Shown one piece after another: positions 30,570-51,354 of a DNA stretch of 64,000 nucleotides. The DNA comes from Eledone cirrhosa (taxonomy: Eukaryota). The DNA is taken from contig OZ024740.1 of the NCBI GenBank assembly GCA_964016885.1, positions 146,630,001 to 146,694,000 on the forward strand, written 5' to 3'. The translations under genes were made by a program, and so were the position numbers. Position 1 is the stretch's first letter. Each line of letters opens with the position of its first letter. The notes under the pieces were generated by a model. That model had not been told where the DNA came from and ran no database searches. It saw only the letters and a program-made list of their open reading frames with translations.

Positions 30570-30765
30570 TAGCCAACTCTGTGCCGATGGTGGTGAGCAG
30601 GGAGGTGGCCCTAGGGCCAAGGACACCAAAAGTCTCCACTGCCACTGGCTCGACCGCAAACCTGTCGGAGAGCGATCGATATTTGGAGAGTTTATCCTCC
30701 TCGGCCCGAAGTGCAGCAGAGCCTAGGTTAGTCTACTGTGGAGATTCTGGGTATACCCTCATCTA
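30570..30765 (-). mobile_element. CRE-type non-LTR retrotransposon endonuclease-domain remnant
   Basis: Minus strand encodes GSAALRAEEDKLSKYRSLSDRFAVEPVAVETFGVLGPRATSLLTTIGTELA. Confidence 0.72.
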
Positions 30766-31896
30766 AAACCTTTGTATGATATTGACAAGATAGCAAATCT
30801 CGAGTCAATAACTTTGCATGATGACACAATTGTAGAGCCGCCGTATTAAAATATAAAATGCCGATGAAGCTTGGAACAGTTTATTTTGGATCTAGTTTAA
30901 ATTTTGAATGTTTATGAATGATAAATCTTAGACATTCTAAAACATTGAAACTCTCCATTTGAATTTATAATAAGGATAACAGAATGACTTCATGATACGT
31001 CTACTAATTTTCCGGTTTCTATAATTTTATTGCTAAATTTTAAATTAATTTCACGAGGTGGAGTAGCTGTTCCAGCGCGTCTCCCTCACCGTCTTCCGGG
31101 GCAATGCGTTCTACATCCTGTCGGTCGGGAACCAGAGGTAAGTTACTTTCACACATGTATTGAGTGCCTTTATTAACTGTTGTACTTCCACCGTGTAACC
31201 CACCTGCCTCCATTTAAAATATTAATGAATAAAAATAATGAACATTTTTCTTAGCATATTTTATTTTACATCTTTTGATTTGTTCGACTATTTTTATAGT
31301 AAAAACTTTTTTACTATAAGTTACTTTAAGTTAATTACTTTCAAAATAAAATAAAAATTGCTTAACGTTTCTTGAATACGATTGAAATTTTGTTTACTAT
31401 AGAAGTTTATTTTACAGACAGAAATACTATAATTCAAATTTGTTAAGAGAACTGAGAAAACAAGATATTCAATACACGGAGATTCTTCTCAACAATTAAT
31501 ATTTCTGCTAATGTATTCCATTGTTGATAACTTACCAACAGATTAACAAAGACGGTTCCTATTTTTGGGTGGTAAACTTAATTCGTTGCGTGGTTTAACA
31601 CCAATACCTAGACCTTAGCTGCCTTTAACGAGTTCATCCTGGTCGGAGGATAATATTCCTCTGCTATGAGGATAACCTCCTCCCTTCTCACCTCCTCCCT
31701 TATCTGACGCCCTGGAATGGGCACTGCTCTTTCTCCATGACTAAGACATTAAAAGATTATTTGTAACGCTCTGAAGCTCAATCTGTCTAGGTATCTTCAT
31801 CAGTTATAAAATTTCAGTTCAAGGATTATTTCTTATTCGATCTATAAGTCGTAATTTTATTCTAGAAAGACTGAAACAGAAACAAAAGTTACTTAC

Positions 31897-32083
31897 GTGT
31901 CGTCGCCATTAGATGGCGAGCTTCGTTCGAGTGTTGTTTTCTTTTATCTGGAGTGTTGTTTGGCAGGAAGAACCACTTGTCAAACTGTTCCATAGTAGAT
32001 TTATCAGTCAGCTGAGATACTACTGTTTCTAGATACAGCAATAAAACAATTGCACACAAGCTTATGCTACAGGAAACTCGCAT
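31897..32083 (-). CDS. First coding exon of the putative neuropeptide precursor (signal peptide + dibasic site)
   Basis: (TC)n polypyrimidine tract plus ttag acceptor just upstream, aaaATG start. Encodes MRVSCSISLCAIVLLLYLETVVSQ (hydrophobic signal)...PDKRKQHSNEARHLMATT. Ends at a phase-1 C|gtaagt donor compatible with the exon at 9729-9886. Confidence 0.65.
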
Positions 32084-32127
32084 TTTTTTATAGCTAAAGA
32101 GAAAGAAAGATAGAGTGATTGAAAGAA

Positions 32128-32204
<77 letters not shown>

Positions 32205-34479
32205 GAGGAGTGTTTGTGTGTGTGTGTGAGAGAGAGAGAGTAATTAATTATTTGAGCATATATAATCATTTTATAATACGCGGTTTTCATTAACACACAA
32301 AGTTCAAAACTATGAGCCTCATCAAATGTAGTTGTTTGTGTTTGGGAATATCGTGTAAGATATTCCCTATCTGTGTTTTACACGATTAAATTTCTATCCC
32401 CACTGCTGAGAATTAGGTAGGTTATTTAAGATAATATAAGCGGCGAATTGACAGAATGACGGATAGAATGCTTTGTGGCATTCGTGTCACCTCTCTCTCC
32501 TTCCCTAGAATAATTCACCATCTCTCCGCCAGGTTTAAAATGCCCAAGTCACGCCATATATCCATTCGGCGCCTCTACTACACCCTCAATATTTACGAGT
32601 CCATACATACATTTAGGATATTATATAACTCATTCTAGTTATTGTTTAGCCGTAAGTTATACTTTATTGAACAGACTGTGATATTTTTTTTAGTGATATC
32701 TAGGATTATTTCTAGGATATAATTACTAAAGTGCAAACTACCAACATAACAGTTTAATCTCAGATAGAAATACATACATATAATCAATTAATTATTGCTA
32801 GGAACCTTATAAATAAAACATGCAAAAATATACAATCAAAGCGAAAATAACAAAACATCATTCAACCCTAAATGCGTCAATCAATGCAAATTGACAATGG
32901 AAAGGCGCTCCCGTTCGAGTTAGAAGAGAACTATTGACCTTCAGGATAAGCAGCGACCCTTGATTGTATTCAGCAACCGAAACAAATATGAAGTACTCCA
33001 AATCCAATGCTCCTAAGTGCGGCCCTGGTTCTTATTTGCGAGTGTAAACTCGGCCAGATTAGATTAGATTAGATTCTTATATTTTTTCTGTGTTGAAAAT
33101 ATAACTAAAGCTTTATATGTAATTTTTTAACCGATAGTATGGTTTTATTGTACTATGTCCCGAAACTATGTTGATAAGAAACATTCATTTAGTCTATATT
33201 TCGACTTTAATGTCTTCACTTGTAGCCATCAGTTGTTAAAATTACTTCAGTTCTATTAGTGTATCTTTTAACTCTTCCAGTAGCTTCTCCATATCATTTT
33301 ATTTTACATTCCATGATAGGCTTTTCCCTCACGTTTCTATATCATCTGTGTAACTACTTAATCCTTACAAATATTTTATACAAGATATATAAATCATGTA
33401 GATTTTAGAGGGTAATTTATTTTCGACATCTTTCTTTCCAAATTAACAACTTCTATTCTACTATACTTGAAAAGATTACGATGCTGAACATTTAAGTTTC
33501 CGTTTGTTTATTTTATTTGTATGATTTTTCCTTCTCCCGATGGAAAAACAAATGTAACGATATTGCCAGGATCCAGCCTCAAATAATTCGAATCAGTTCT
33601 GTGATAAGTAACACCGACGAGAGTGCCACACTTTCAGCCAAATATACCTTCATTGACGGTCTTTCATAACTTACAGCAATGGAGGCGGTGAATCACAGTG
33701 AGGTACAAAATGTCTTATCTGAAATTTAGAGATATTGTACTGTTGAGACTGATAGAAAAACAACACCACTTAACTCGATAATATAACAGTCGAGGTAAGT
33801 TTTAAAATATCAGATTTATTCTATTAAAGGTCATTCTATTAATGGTTACTCTATTAATGGTCATTCGCACGAAGAAGTAATGACGGTGAAGTATCTCAGA
33901 ATCCGCCAACAAAAATATGGCTATTTTCCAAAAATGAACCGAGCTCTGCTATATTTCATATATTCCGCTGAAAACTGAATTAAAACAGATGGTGAAAATG
34001 ATTTATAAACGCTCATAAAACCAAAACAAATAAACAAACAACAGCAAAATCAAAACAGAATGACCCACCAGGGTCGCACGGGTCTTACATCACGATACTC
34101 CCGGTATAGACACAGTTTTAGCCACGGCTGCATACAGACGTAATGACATCGATTGATTACAATCACTTTCGATTATTCTTGTTATCCTTTTCGTTTTAGC
34201 TAAATTTTATGTCCGTAATATAATTAATATTACCATAAAACGATTGGCGACCTTTAGTGGAGTCCTAGTAGTTGAAAGTATTTCTGGCCAGGCATTCAGT
34301 TTGAAGATCACTTTCTCCCTTTCTCCCTCTGTAACACTACGAAAATGCTATAGACGTTGCTCTTCTTTCTCTAAGTAATAAAAAATAAGATGCCTGAGAT
34401 TTGAGTAAAAGCCAAGCTTTTCTTGTTTTGTAAAAGAAAGTCACTTGATTCTTTCTAACATTAGCAATTTTAGGGAAGG

Positions 34480-34643
34480 GAATATCGACCCCAGTACTTT
34501 ACTGGTATTTTATTTTGTCAATCCCGGAAAGAAGAAAGGCAAAATCGACTTTGGCGGATTTGAACTCAGAATACAGAAATTCATAACTAAATGCTGGAAA
34601 GCATTTTGTCCGACGATTTACCGATACTGCCAATCCACCACCA
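34480..34643 (-). mobile_element. tRNA-derived SINE
   Basis: Minus strand ...ctgagttcaaatccgccaaagtcgattttgcctttc...; homologous to 34990-35150. Confidence 0.7.
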
Positions 34644-34989
34644 TAGAAAGTCACTAAAAAATGACCGACATCAATAAAACTTACAGATTAAAATGCATCC
34701 ATTGTATAATTCTTTTCTAGAATGTTTTAAAGTTGTCTTTCATTAAAAGTGCATTCGTATGGATTCCACCAAAATTTGATAAAATTGGTCGTATCTTTCT
34801 GACAAAGGATACAATTGATTTTGGAAAAGTATAACCGTTTGTCTGAACACCTAAAGCAAGTGGGAGATGTGACAGTACTGAATGTATATGTATATTTAAA
34901 CCTGTAACTTCTGGAGTTTATCTCTTCTCCAGGTTTGAACATAGCCGATTTCTTTCAGAGGAAGTATGAAAGAGATATAGAAGAATAAT

Positions 34990-35150
34990 CGACTCCAGTA
35001 CTGGACTAGTACTTTTTTTATCGACCCCGAAAGGATGAAAAGCAAAGTTGATCACGGTGGTATTTGAATTCATACAGTACAATGAGGCGAACCAAATACC
35101 GGAAGGCAATCCATCCGACGTTCTAACGACTCTGCCAATTCGCTGCCGCC
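34990..35150 (-). mobile_element. tRNA-derived SINE
   Basis: Minus strand ggcggcagcgaattggcagagtcgttag...tttgcttttcatcctttcggggtcgataaa. Confidence 0.7.
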
Positions 35151-35313
35151 GAGTGTACAATGTACTAAATATTGCTGGCTTTTGCACCTTGAATATAACC
35201 TTTTGTCGAAGTTTCTTTATGAATTTAAACAGAACATTTCCGAATCATTTACATGTTTCAGTTTTGTTTGTTTCTGAAAAAAGTAACGCCTCTTCTGGAA
35301 ATTTTATCTGCGT

Positions 35314-36202
<889 letters not shown>

Positions 36203-36680
36203 TAGACAGATTTTCTGAATAAAAGAAAATTTATATATTTTCATGTCAACCATATCAAAGCAGTGTCAAGCATCGCCTCATATTCTTATTGGAACTTTTA
36301 AAGTCATTTTTTTAATTTCGCGGTTTTATTAAGCAATACGCCTTTGACATATCCTTTAAATCAGTCCCGACCTTTGGAAATGATTTTATTGTGATGCAAT
36401 ATTGATATCTAATATTGATATCTACAAAAGACCCGAGGAAGATACATGCAATAAATTAACTAATTTATTTTATCGATCCCTGACGATCCCGTGGGATTTA
36501 AACCCAGAACATAAAGAGACTAAACACAAGACATTTAATCCTTATTATACTGTTATTACTGCTACATACTACCTGTTTATAGATTAATATGATGTAAAGA
36601 ACACTGGTGGTCCAGCTGTACGATTAACGGAACAACGTGCTCGTGAAATAGAGGTGTACGTGACTGAGCAATCCACAGAC

Positions 36681-36774
<94 letters not shown>

Positions 36775-36879
36775 GTAATATATATATATGTATATATATG
36801 GCCTTTAATGCGACGAAATGCCTACGACGGTTGGATGGCCACTGATGAGGACAAACTTTTTCATATGTATATATATTTT

Positions 36880-38895
36880 CCTAGCCAGAATACTCAAACC
36901 CATCTTAGACACCTTGCCGGGACACGTTAACAGCTCCGAGGAGGTGTGAAGCGCCTGCATCAAATGGATCCCGACACCAGAAGGAATAACAGATATGCCT
37001 TCAGCCTTGATGTAGTCGCTCTCTACACCTCGGTCCCGGCACTCCCGGCCGTCAATATACTGATGGAACGCGTCCAATCCACCGACCTACACTGCTTCGG
37101 GCTCACCACCACTGACATCCACCAACTCCTATCCATCGTCGTCGACAACACCTACTTCGGATTCCTTGACCAAACATACCAACAAACCTCGGGATTGCCC
37201 ATGGGATCAAGCCTGTCGGGTGCGCTAGCGATCTCTTACATGGACAACCTCGAGCGCAAGGCACTCAACGCCTGCCACCCCAACGCCGTCGCCTTTTTCT
37301 CAAGGTACCTGGACGATATCCTCATCCTTACATCTTCCCAAGACACGGCGACCAGAATCTATGAGACGTTCAACAACACGGACGAGAACATTGACTTCAG
37401 TGTTGAATACCCCAACGAAGACGGGTCACTTGCCCTTTTCGACTTCCGAATCAACATCACGGAACAGGGAAGGATCCACTGCAACTTCTACCAAAAGGCA
37501 GCCTGCAGGGACCTGTTCGTTCACTACAAGTCCGCCCTCCCTAACAGTGCCAAAAGAGGATACATCACGAACGAGATCGCACGAATCAAAAACAGATGCA
37601 GCGATCCCGCGAGTGGTGTCACTCATACCAAGCGATTCCTCGAGGTGCTGGAGACGAACGGGTACCCTACCTCGATCACAGACAGAATAGGAGACACCAG
37701 ACACAAGAGACAGAGAGGCACCCAAGGCAAGTGCTTCCTTAAAATGCCACACCTGGGCGAGAATACCACCAACGCTATCCGCAAGGCTATACGGAGGGAG
37801 GGCCTCGACATCCAGCTGGCCCACTCGGGCCCCTCCCTGCGAAGATGCCTCTCCAGGAAACCCGGGAAATCTACTGACGCGTGCTCCCTCAGAGACTGCC
37901 CGATACGCAATGCGAACTGTTGCCTACGCACATACGTCGTGTATAAGATAGAATGTGACAGGTGCAACCAATACTATATAGGTAGCACAATCCGACCTTT
38001 GCACATCCGGATCAAGGAACACACTAAAACCAGGGCCTCGCCTTTCCGGAAACACATAGACAAATGCGGAAACAAAGACGGAAGGCCCATTGTCACAATT
38101 CTAGCGACTGAAAGAAACGTCGGCACGTTACGTATCAAGGAGGCGCTTTTTATCAAACGCCTTGCACCGCAAATAAACAATCGATCCGAGAGAAGCAAAA
38201 TGAGGTGGCTGGTTTAAGTTAACAAACGATGCAGCAACACACGCACACACACACACAAACGAGACAACTACACACGCACACGCACACACACAGTAGCATT
38301 CCACCATACGAACATACTACACTGCCAATACAGAGGAACAAGGCAACAACACACACACACACACTCAAGCGAGACAACAACACACGCACACACACACACA
38401 GTAACACTTAACAAACAGGCAGAGAATGGACTGATAGCTAGCACCACCCCACTCCCACATTCGGCCGCTGACCTCTGCCCGACCGACCCCATTTCACGCG
38501 CACGCGCGCTCTGCTGAATACCTCAGATATTCAAAACAACAAACAGCGGAGGACGCGTTTCGCACCTTTCCGACAGACAACCTTTCCCCCACCCCTGAAA
38601 AAAACCCCAGTTGATGGATGTGAATCCGAAATATATAGGGACAATTAAAACTCTCCCAAGGTAACTCTCTCTCGTGTTCTTATTTTTATTTTATCCTTTA
38701 TACTCTTTCCTTCATTCTTCTACACGTCTTATACACACCACGCATCTCAACGTACACCCACTTAAAGCTCTCTCCCGATCACCGGATCTTGTTACCCGGA
38801 GATTTACCCATTTGTATTGTCGAGGCTTCCAAACGACTCAAAGATATTTACCTATTATTCCACAATGCTTCAAGCAAACGTCAATACTCTCTTAT
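36880..38895 (+). mobile_element. Penelope-like element: open 423-aa RT + GIY-YIG ORF segment (36946-38217) plus pseudo-LTR
   Basis: SLDVVALYTSV, QTSGLPMGS, RYLDD, VVYKIECDRC..YYIGST.R.L.IRIKEH, KEALFI...P.IN. 5'-truncated at (TA)n. Confidence 0.95.
38605..38640 (+). ncRNA. Hammerhead-like motif with non-canonical core (CAGUUGA)
   Basis: ccc-CAGTTGA-t ggat gtga atcc-GAAA-tata-TA-ggg. Identical at 54710-54745. Confidence 0.5.
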
Positions 38896-38899
38896 ATAT

Positions 38900-39936
<1,037 letters not shown>

Positions 39937-40099
39937 TTGTTATACTTTGGGAGGGTCATGTTGCCAATGAGAAACACACGCACCAGTTGCTTTCACTTCA
40001 ATTTATTATATATTTATAAATTTATAAATTTACAAATCTACAAACTTATAAATTTCTGGTTGGTTGGTTGGTTCCACAACCAGATAGTTGTTTATATAT

Positions 40100-40144
40100 A
40101 GTCATAGTCCTTTCGTCACACACTCTGTGACCTCTTCAGTGACT
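40100..40144 (-). ncRNA. Hammerhead ribozyme in inverted PLE pseudo-LTR
   Basis: Reverse complement of 42544-42588. Confidence 0.8.
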
Positions 40145-42543
40145 GGGGATTCCTTTCTTTGTTTCTGTGCCTTTCCTTTCTTCTATCCTACGCCATTTTG
40201 TTTCTGTGTGTGTGTTGTGTGCTCGGTTTTCGCATGTGCCACATCCGGGTGTCTGTGTGTGTTTGTGTTCATTTATCTATTTGTTTATTTATTTATTGTT
40301 GGTTGGTTGTTTGTTCTATGTGTGTGTGTGTTTTCATTTTGTTCTGTGTGTGTTTTCATTTTGTCCTTAATTGTAAGTTGTTTGTTCTATGTGTGTGTGT
40401 GTTTTCATTTTGTCCTGTGTGTGTTTTCATTTTGTCCTTAATTGTAAGTTGTGATGTTGCTGTTCCACTCATATTTTCTATTTAATTTTGGTTGTAATTC
40501 TTTTATGCTTACTGCCTCTGTAATTTGCCTAAACATTGCATCTTTTCTGTGTGTGGATTCTATTTTTATTTCTATGTTCTCTAATCTACCCCTGTGTTCT
40601 ATCTTAGCATGTTGGTAGAGCACAGATGATTCTTTATTATCTTGAAGGTCTCGCTAGTGTTCATTTATTCGTTCCCCTATACTACGAGCTGTCTCACCTA
40701 TGTACACTATATTTTTGTTTCTACATTGTCCTTCAGTACATCTTATGCTATACACTACATTTCTAGTTTTACAGTTAATATGGGGGCTTATTTTACAGGT
40801 TATACATTTCTTATCTATACATGAGGGTCTTTGGAACGGGTATGTCTTGCTAATAAGTGTTTTTACGGAGGTACCTGGTCTTTCTACTATCTTAATATTG
40901 AGTTTATGTTTATTTAGGGCCCTTCTAAATTTGTAGGCTAGTTCGCCTCTAGGGGTTGTATTGATGAACATTACACTCTGGTATTTATTGCTATCATACC
41001 ACGATGAACTGAAGAAAATGATTGCACATGCGGTGTTAGCATTGCAGGCGACATAGCTAACTTATTCATGGTATGGTGGGACAGTAGACTTAAACAAAAA
41101 CTTAAAGAACAATTAGAAGACAGCTTAACCCTGATTATGTACTCCCGCTACGTAGATGATATAAACATCGTAGTTAAGACACCCCCACTAATGAACAGTC
41201 AGGAACTAGAGAAAAACACAATGGAAAGCATCCAGCAAATAGCAAACTCCATCCACCAGAGCATTAGAGTTACTATAGACTACCCAAGTAGACACCCCAA
41301 CCATCGATTACCTGTACTAGACACAGAGCTCTGGTTAGATACCATTAACAACCAAAAACAAATCCTCCATTCCCATTATGCCAAACCCATGACATACCAA
41401 AATCAACATACTGATTGCGGATTTGGTACGGGTGATGAGAAATGTGTCCCGCATGTGCAACCCCGAAGAACTAGAGAGACACATACAACACTTCATCCAC
41501 CGTATGCAGTTCTCTGGCTACAATCAGAGAGATAGAATCAGAGTGTATAGAGGAGCCAGAACCAAATGGGAAAAAATGGTAAATAATGACATAAATGGGA
41601 CCTGCCCCTTGTATAGGAGCAAATTTTGGAATAGAATAGAAAGAACTAGGAACAAGGCCAATAGAATAAACTCATGGTATGATAGCAATAAATACCAGAG
41701 TGTAATGTTCATCAATACAACCCCTAGAGGCGAACTAGCCTACAAATTTAGAAGGGCCCTAAATAAACATAAACTCAATATTAAGATAGTAGAAAGACCA
41801 GGTACCTCCGTAAAAACACTTATTAGCAAGACATACCCGTTCCAAAGACCCTCATGTATAGATAAGAAATGTATAACCTGTAAAATAAGCCCCCATATTA
41901 ACTGTAAAACTAGAAATGTAGTGTATAGCATAAGATGTACTGAAGGACAATGTAGAAACAAAAATATAGTGTACATAGGTGAGACAGCTCGTAGTATAGG
42001 GGAACGAATAAATGAACACTAGCGAGACCTTCAAGATAATAAAGAATCATCTGTGCTCTACCAACATGCTAAGATAGAACACAGGGGTAGATTAGAGAAC
42101 ATAGAAATAAAAATAGAATCCACACACAGAAAAGATGCAATGTTTAGGCAAAATACAGAGGCAGTAAGCATAAAAGAATTACAACCAAAATTAAATAGAA
42201 AATATGAGTGGAACAGCAACATCACAACTTACAATTAAGGACAAAATGAAAACACACACAGAACAAAATAAAAACACAGACACACATAGAACAAACAACT
42301 TACAATTAAGGACAAAATGAAAACACACACAGGACAAAATGAAAACACACACACACATAGAACAAACAACCAACCAACAATAAATAAATAAATAAATAAA
42401 TAAACAAATAGATAAATGAATACAAACACACACAGACACCCGGATGTGGCACATGCGCAAACCGAGCACACAACACACACACAGAAACAAAATGGCGTAG
42501 GATAGAAGAAAGGAAAGGCACAGAAACAAAGAAAGGAATCCCC

Positions 42544-42588
42544 AGTCACTGAAGAGGTCACAGAGTGTGTGACGAAAGGACTATGACT
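42544..42588 (+). ncRNA. Minimal type I hammerhead in PLE pseudo-LTR
   Basis: agtca-CTGAAGA-g gtcaca gagtg tgtgac-GAAA-ggac-TA-tgact. Confidence 0.8.
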
Positions 42589-42808
42589 ATATATAAACAA
42601 CTATCTGGTTGTGGAACCAACCAACCAACCAGAAATTTATAAGTTTGTAGATTTGTAAATTTATAAATTTATAAATATATAATAAATTGAAGTGAAAGCA
42701 ACTGGTGCGTGTGTTTCTTATTGGCAATATGACCCTCCCAAAGTATAACAATATCGGTTTCAACACACGATTTCAGATAAAGAATCTTGCTAAACAAATT
42801 CAGAAACG

Positions 42809-46255
<3,447 letters not shown>

Positions 46256-46259
46256 AGAT

Positions 46260-48089
46260 AAATCTACGAAAAGTTTACGGTAGTGTCCAATCCGTATGAA
46301 GAACTCAATGTAATCCGGATATCATGAAAAGAAGAGATGCATTCAAAAACTACTTTCGGTGAAAAATAAACGGAAAACACAGTCAAGATAGATTATTAAA
46401 AAAATAATGAATAAACAAAGAAACAGTTTCTTATATTAAACAAAAAAAGTTCATTATTTTACGATCGTTTCTAGGACATATATGTGTTAGAATTGGTATG
46501 CATATTCTATAGATCTATGTACAATATTATACAAACTATCAGAGGGAATATACATACCTTCACATATATATGCTGTCTTCAGAAATAATGATGCTTGTTT
46601 ATTGATAAGAACAAAGATTCAATACAATAGGTCTGTTAGGGAACAGGTTTTGAATAGACAAATAAAATAGAGATTGAAATATATAAAAATCCATCAAGAA
46701 ATATAGTTAGGTGTGTGTATATGTATGTAAATACGCTCACAGATGTGCATATATGTGTATGCTCATATGTATACGTATAGTGAAAAAGTGTGTGTAAATC
46801 TAAAATTTAGGGCAAATGTATCTGTATGTCTGTAATCTACAGACAGAATAGATACATCATAAGTATATGAATATGCATTTAATATAATTAATATACATTT
46901 TAGAAATTAATATATAAATTAATTTTAATGTAGTTAACCTATAATTTTAATTTAGTTAACCTATAATTAAAATTCTACTACAGATGAAATACAAAATATC
47001 GTGTAATCATAAACTGAGAAAAACATTTAAATATTATAAACCTAATTTAATATACACTTTAGAAATTAATATATAGATTAATTTTAATTTAGTTAACCTA
47101 TTGTTAAAATTCTACTACAGATGAAATACAACAAATTATCGTGTAATCATAAACGGAGAAAAACTTTTAAATATTATAAACCTAATTAATATACAATTTA
47201 GAAATTAATATATAGATTAATTTTAATTTAGTTAACCTATAATTTTAATTTAGTTAACTTATAATTAAAATTCTACTACAGATGAAATACAAAATATCGT
47301 GTAATCATAAACTGAGAAAAACATTTAAATATAAACCTAATTAATATACACTTTAGAAATTAATATATAGATTAATTTTAATTTAGAAAAACATTTAAAT
47401 ATAAACCTAATTAATATACACTTTAGAAATTAATATATTGATTAATTTTTAATTTAGTTAACCTATAATTGAAATTCTACTACAGATAAAATACAAAATT
47501 CTGCTTTAAATATTAATATTATAAACCTAATTAATATACACTATAGAAATTAATATATAAACTATTTTTAATTTAGTTAACCTATAATTAATATTCTACT
47601 ACCGATGAACTACATAATTTGGCTTTCCCTCTTACAAATATCATTTCCTAAAACTGATACCATCAAGTAAACATATGTAATTATTTTTAATTTAGTTAAG
47701 CTATAATTAATATTCTACTACTGTTGAACTACATAATTCTGCTTTAAATATTATAAACCTAATTAGTATACACCTTAGAAATTAATATATAAACTATTTT
47801 CATTTTAGTTGACCTATAATTAATATTCTACTAATGTTGAACTACATAATTTGGCTTTCCTTCTTACAAATACCATTTCCTAAAATTGATACCATTAAGT
47901 AAACACATATATAGTCTTAACTTCAGGTTATGACTCTATGTTCCTTGAAACCTACATATTTACTATTTCCCACTAATAAATTTAACCCCCCCCCAATGAT
48001 TATATGTTTATGTAAGCGTGGATGTGTGTATGTATATATAAATGTGTATGTATGTATGTGTGTATGTATGAAAGTGTAAAAATACATAT

Positions 48090-48121
<32 letters not shown>

Positions 48122-49130
48122 AGATATATGTATGTCTGTGTATATATGTGTACATGTGTGTGACCGTGTATATGTGTGTGTATGTCTATATATATGTATG
48201 TCTGTGTGTGTGTGTGTGTGATTGTATATGTACATGTGTATGTATGTATATATATATATAGGTATATATATATGTATGGGTATATGTTTTGCTTATTTTT
48301 ATGAGTGTACATGCAAACAGGTCAATATACGTGAGTGTAAGTATGTGTGTGTGTGTGTATATACGTATCGAACGTATGGATGTGTAAGTGTGCGTGTGTA
48401 TATAAGCATATATATATATTTTTTGCGTTTCTTTTGTGAGACATGCGTGTCAGTGTATGCATGTACCCCCCTTTTTTGTCTTCTTTTCTTTAGTTTTTTC
48501 TTTCTAAAAATTTTTTCTTTCTAATTTATTGTTATATTTTATAAATATATCGAGATTGATACTTTCCTTTAATTATTACACTCCCTTACCTCTTTTACTT
48601 CCGTATCTAGGTGTACGTGTGTGTAGGCGTGTTTATGCGCGCGCCTTCATATTCATATACTTATGATGTATCTATTCTGTCTGTAGATTACAGACATACA
48701 GATACATTTGCCCTAAATTTTAGATTTACACACACTTTTTCACTATACGTATACATATGAGCATACACATATATGCACATCTGTGAGCGTATTTACATAC
48801 ATATACACACACCTAACTATATTTCTTGATGGATTTTTATATATTTCAATCTCTATTTTATTTGTCTATTCAAAACCTGTTCCCTAACAGACCTATTGCA
48901 TTGAATCTCTGTTCTTATCAATAAACAAGCATCATTATTTCTGAAGATAGCATATATATGTGAAGGTATGTATATTCCCTCTGATTGTTTGTATAATATT
49001 GTACATAGATCTATAGAATATGCATACCAATTCTAACACATATATGTCCTAGAAACGATCGTAAAATAATGAACTTTTTTGTTTAATATAAGGAACTGTT
49101 TCTTTGTTTATTCATTATTTTTTTAATAAT
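46260..49130. mobile_element. PLE-like 3'-UTR remnant with ~480-bp inverted arms (46392-46875 / 48648-49130) and an internal AT-rich tandem repeat (46870-47920)
   Basis: The arms are reverse complements. 48270-48830 is homologous to the PLE 3' UTR at 52740-53500. A third partial arm lies at 44563-44720. Confidence 0.75.
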
Positions 49131-49131
49131 T

Positions 49132-49272
<141 letters not shown>

Positions 49273-49273
49273 G

Positions 49274-49304
<31 letters not shown>

Positions 49305-49337
49305 GTGTATATATATATATATATGTATATATATATG

Positions 49338-49372
<35 letters not shown>

Positions 49373-49391
49373 GTATATATATATGTATATA

Positions 49392-49455
<64 letters not shown>

Positions 49456-49487
49456 CGTATATATATATATGTATATATATATATGTG

Positions 49488-49545
<58 letters not shown>

Positions 49546-49573
49546 CGTATATATATGTATATATATATATGTG

Positions 49574-49654
<81 letters not shown>

Positions 49655-49691
49655 GTATATATATATACGTATATATATATATGTATATATA

Positions 49692-49768
<77 letters not shown>

Positions 49769-49781
49769 GTATATATATATG

Positions 49782-49815
<34 letters not shown>

Positions 49816-49840
49816 CACATATATATATATAACATATATA

Positions 49841-49925
<85 letters not shown>

Positions 49926-49966
49926 GTGTCTATACACACACACATATATATATATACATGTATATA

Positions 49967-50036
<70 letters not shown>

Positions 50037-50051
50037 TACGTGTATATATCA

Positions 50052-50104
50052 GAGATTCCTGATGATTTCTAAAGAATGAAACAGTTCTAGTCCTGTAGAA
50101 TCTC
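50052..50104 (+). ncRNA. Type I hammerhead ribozyme in a ~130-bp TA-flanked solo element
   Basis: gagattc-CTGATGA-t ttc taaa gaa t-GAAA-cag ttctagtc ctg-TA-gaatctc. 7-bp stem I, GUA triplet. Confidence 0.88.
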
Positions 50105-50361
50105 ATCTATATTAAATCTCTTATACTCTGCAATTTATTGAGTACCTTACTTACTGTGGTTACCTCCGACTCAACGTATATATATATATAATATATATAT
50201 AATATATATATATATTATATATATATAATATATATATAATATATATATATATATAAAATATATATATATAATATATAAAATATATATATATTATATATAT
50301 ATATATATATAATTTATATATATATATATATTATATATATATTATATATATATAATATATA

Positions 50362-50392
<31 letters not shown>

Positions 50393-50489
50393 ATTTATAT
50401 ATATAATATATATAATTCATATATATAATATATATATATATATAATATATATATATATAATATATATAATATATATATATATTTTTTTA

Positions 50490-50705
50490 ACGATCGACTT
50501 ACGTCAAATCGGACCGAGGGAACAATGTTTCCGTTGGTCTTTCCAATTGCTAATACTATCTATCGGTCGCAACTCCAGGTATAAGGAGCAACGTGAAATA
50601 AAGTGTCTTGCTCAAGGACATAACGCATCGTTTGGTCCAGGAATGGTACTCACAACCTTACGATTGCGAATGCAATTCTCTAACCACTCAGCCACACGCC
50701 TTCAC
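50490..50705 (-). mobile_element. tRNA-derived CORE-type SINE
   Basis: Minus-strand head ggcgtgtggctgagtggttag... followed by CORE-like gtccttgagcaagacacttta. Confidence 0.75.
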
Positions 50706-50735
50706 ATATATATATAATATATATAATATATATAC

Positions 50736-50790
<55 letters not shown>

Positions 50791-51229
50791 ATATATATAT
50801 AATATATATATAATATATATTTATATATATATATAATATATATAATATATATATATAATATATATTTATATATATATAATATATATATAATATATATAAT
50901 ATATATATATATAATATATATAATATATATTATATATATATATATAATATATATAATATATATAATATATATATATATAATATATATAATATATATAATA
51001 TATATATATATAATATATATATATATAATATATATAATATATATATATATAATATATATTTATATATATATATTATATAATATATATATAATATATATTA
51101 TATATACATATAATATACATATAAAAGTTTACATATATATATACAATTGGGAGAGGAAATAGTTTATATTTTATCTTGTGATTCTATAGACATGTTTTAT
51201 GATATAATATACATATATATATATATATA

Positions 51230-51273
<44 letters not shown>

Positions 51274-51285
51274 TAAATATATATA

Positions 51286-51354
<69 letters not shown>

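Noticed and set aside
31537-31740. Possible middle exon (minus strand; ttag acceptor, gtaagt donor) of the neuropeptide gene
   Set aside because: It has stop codons in all three frames, with the phase-1 frame stopping after ~13 codons. At most it is an alternative or poison exon and cannot be supported without RNA data.
36800-36865. CTGATGAG preceded by CGAAA, a possible permuted hammerhead
   Set aside because: Consistent stems I-III could not be built.
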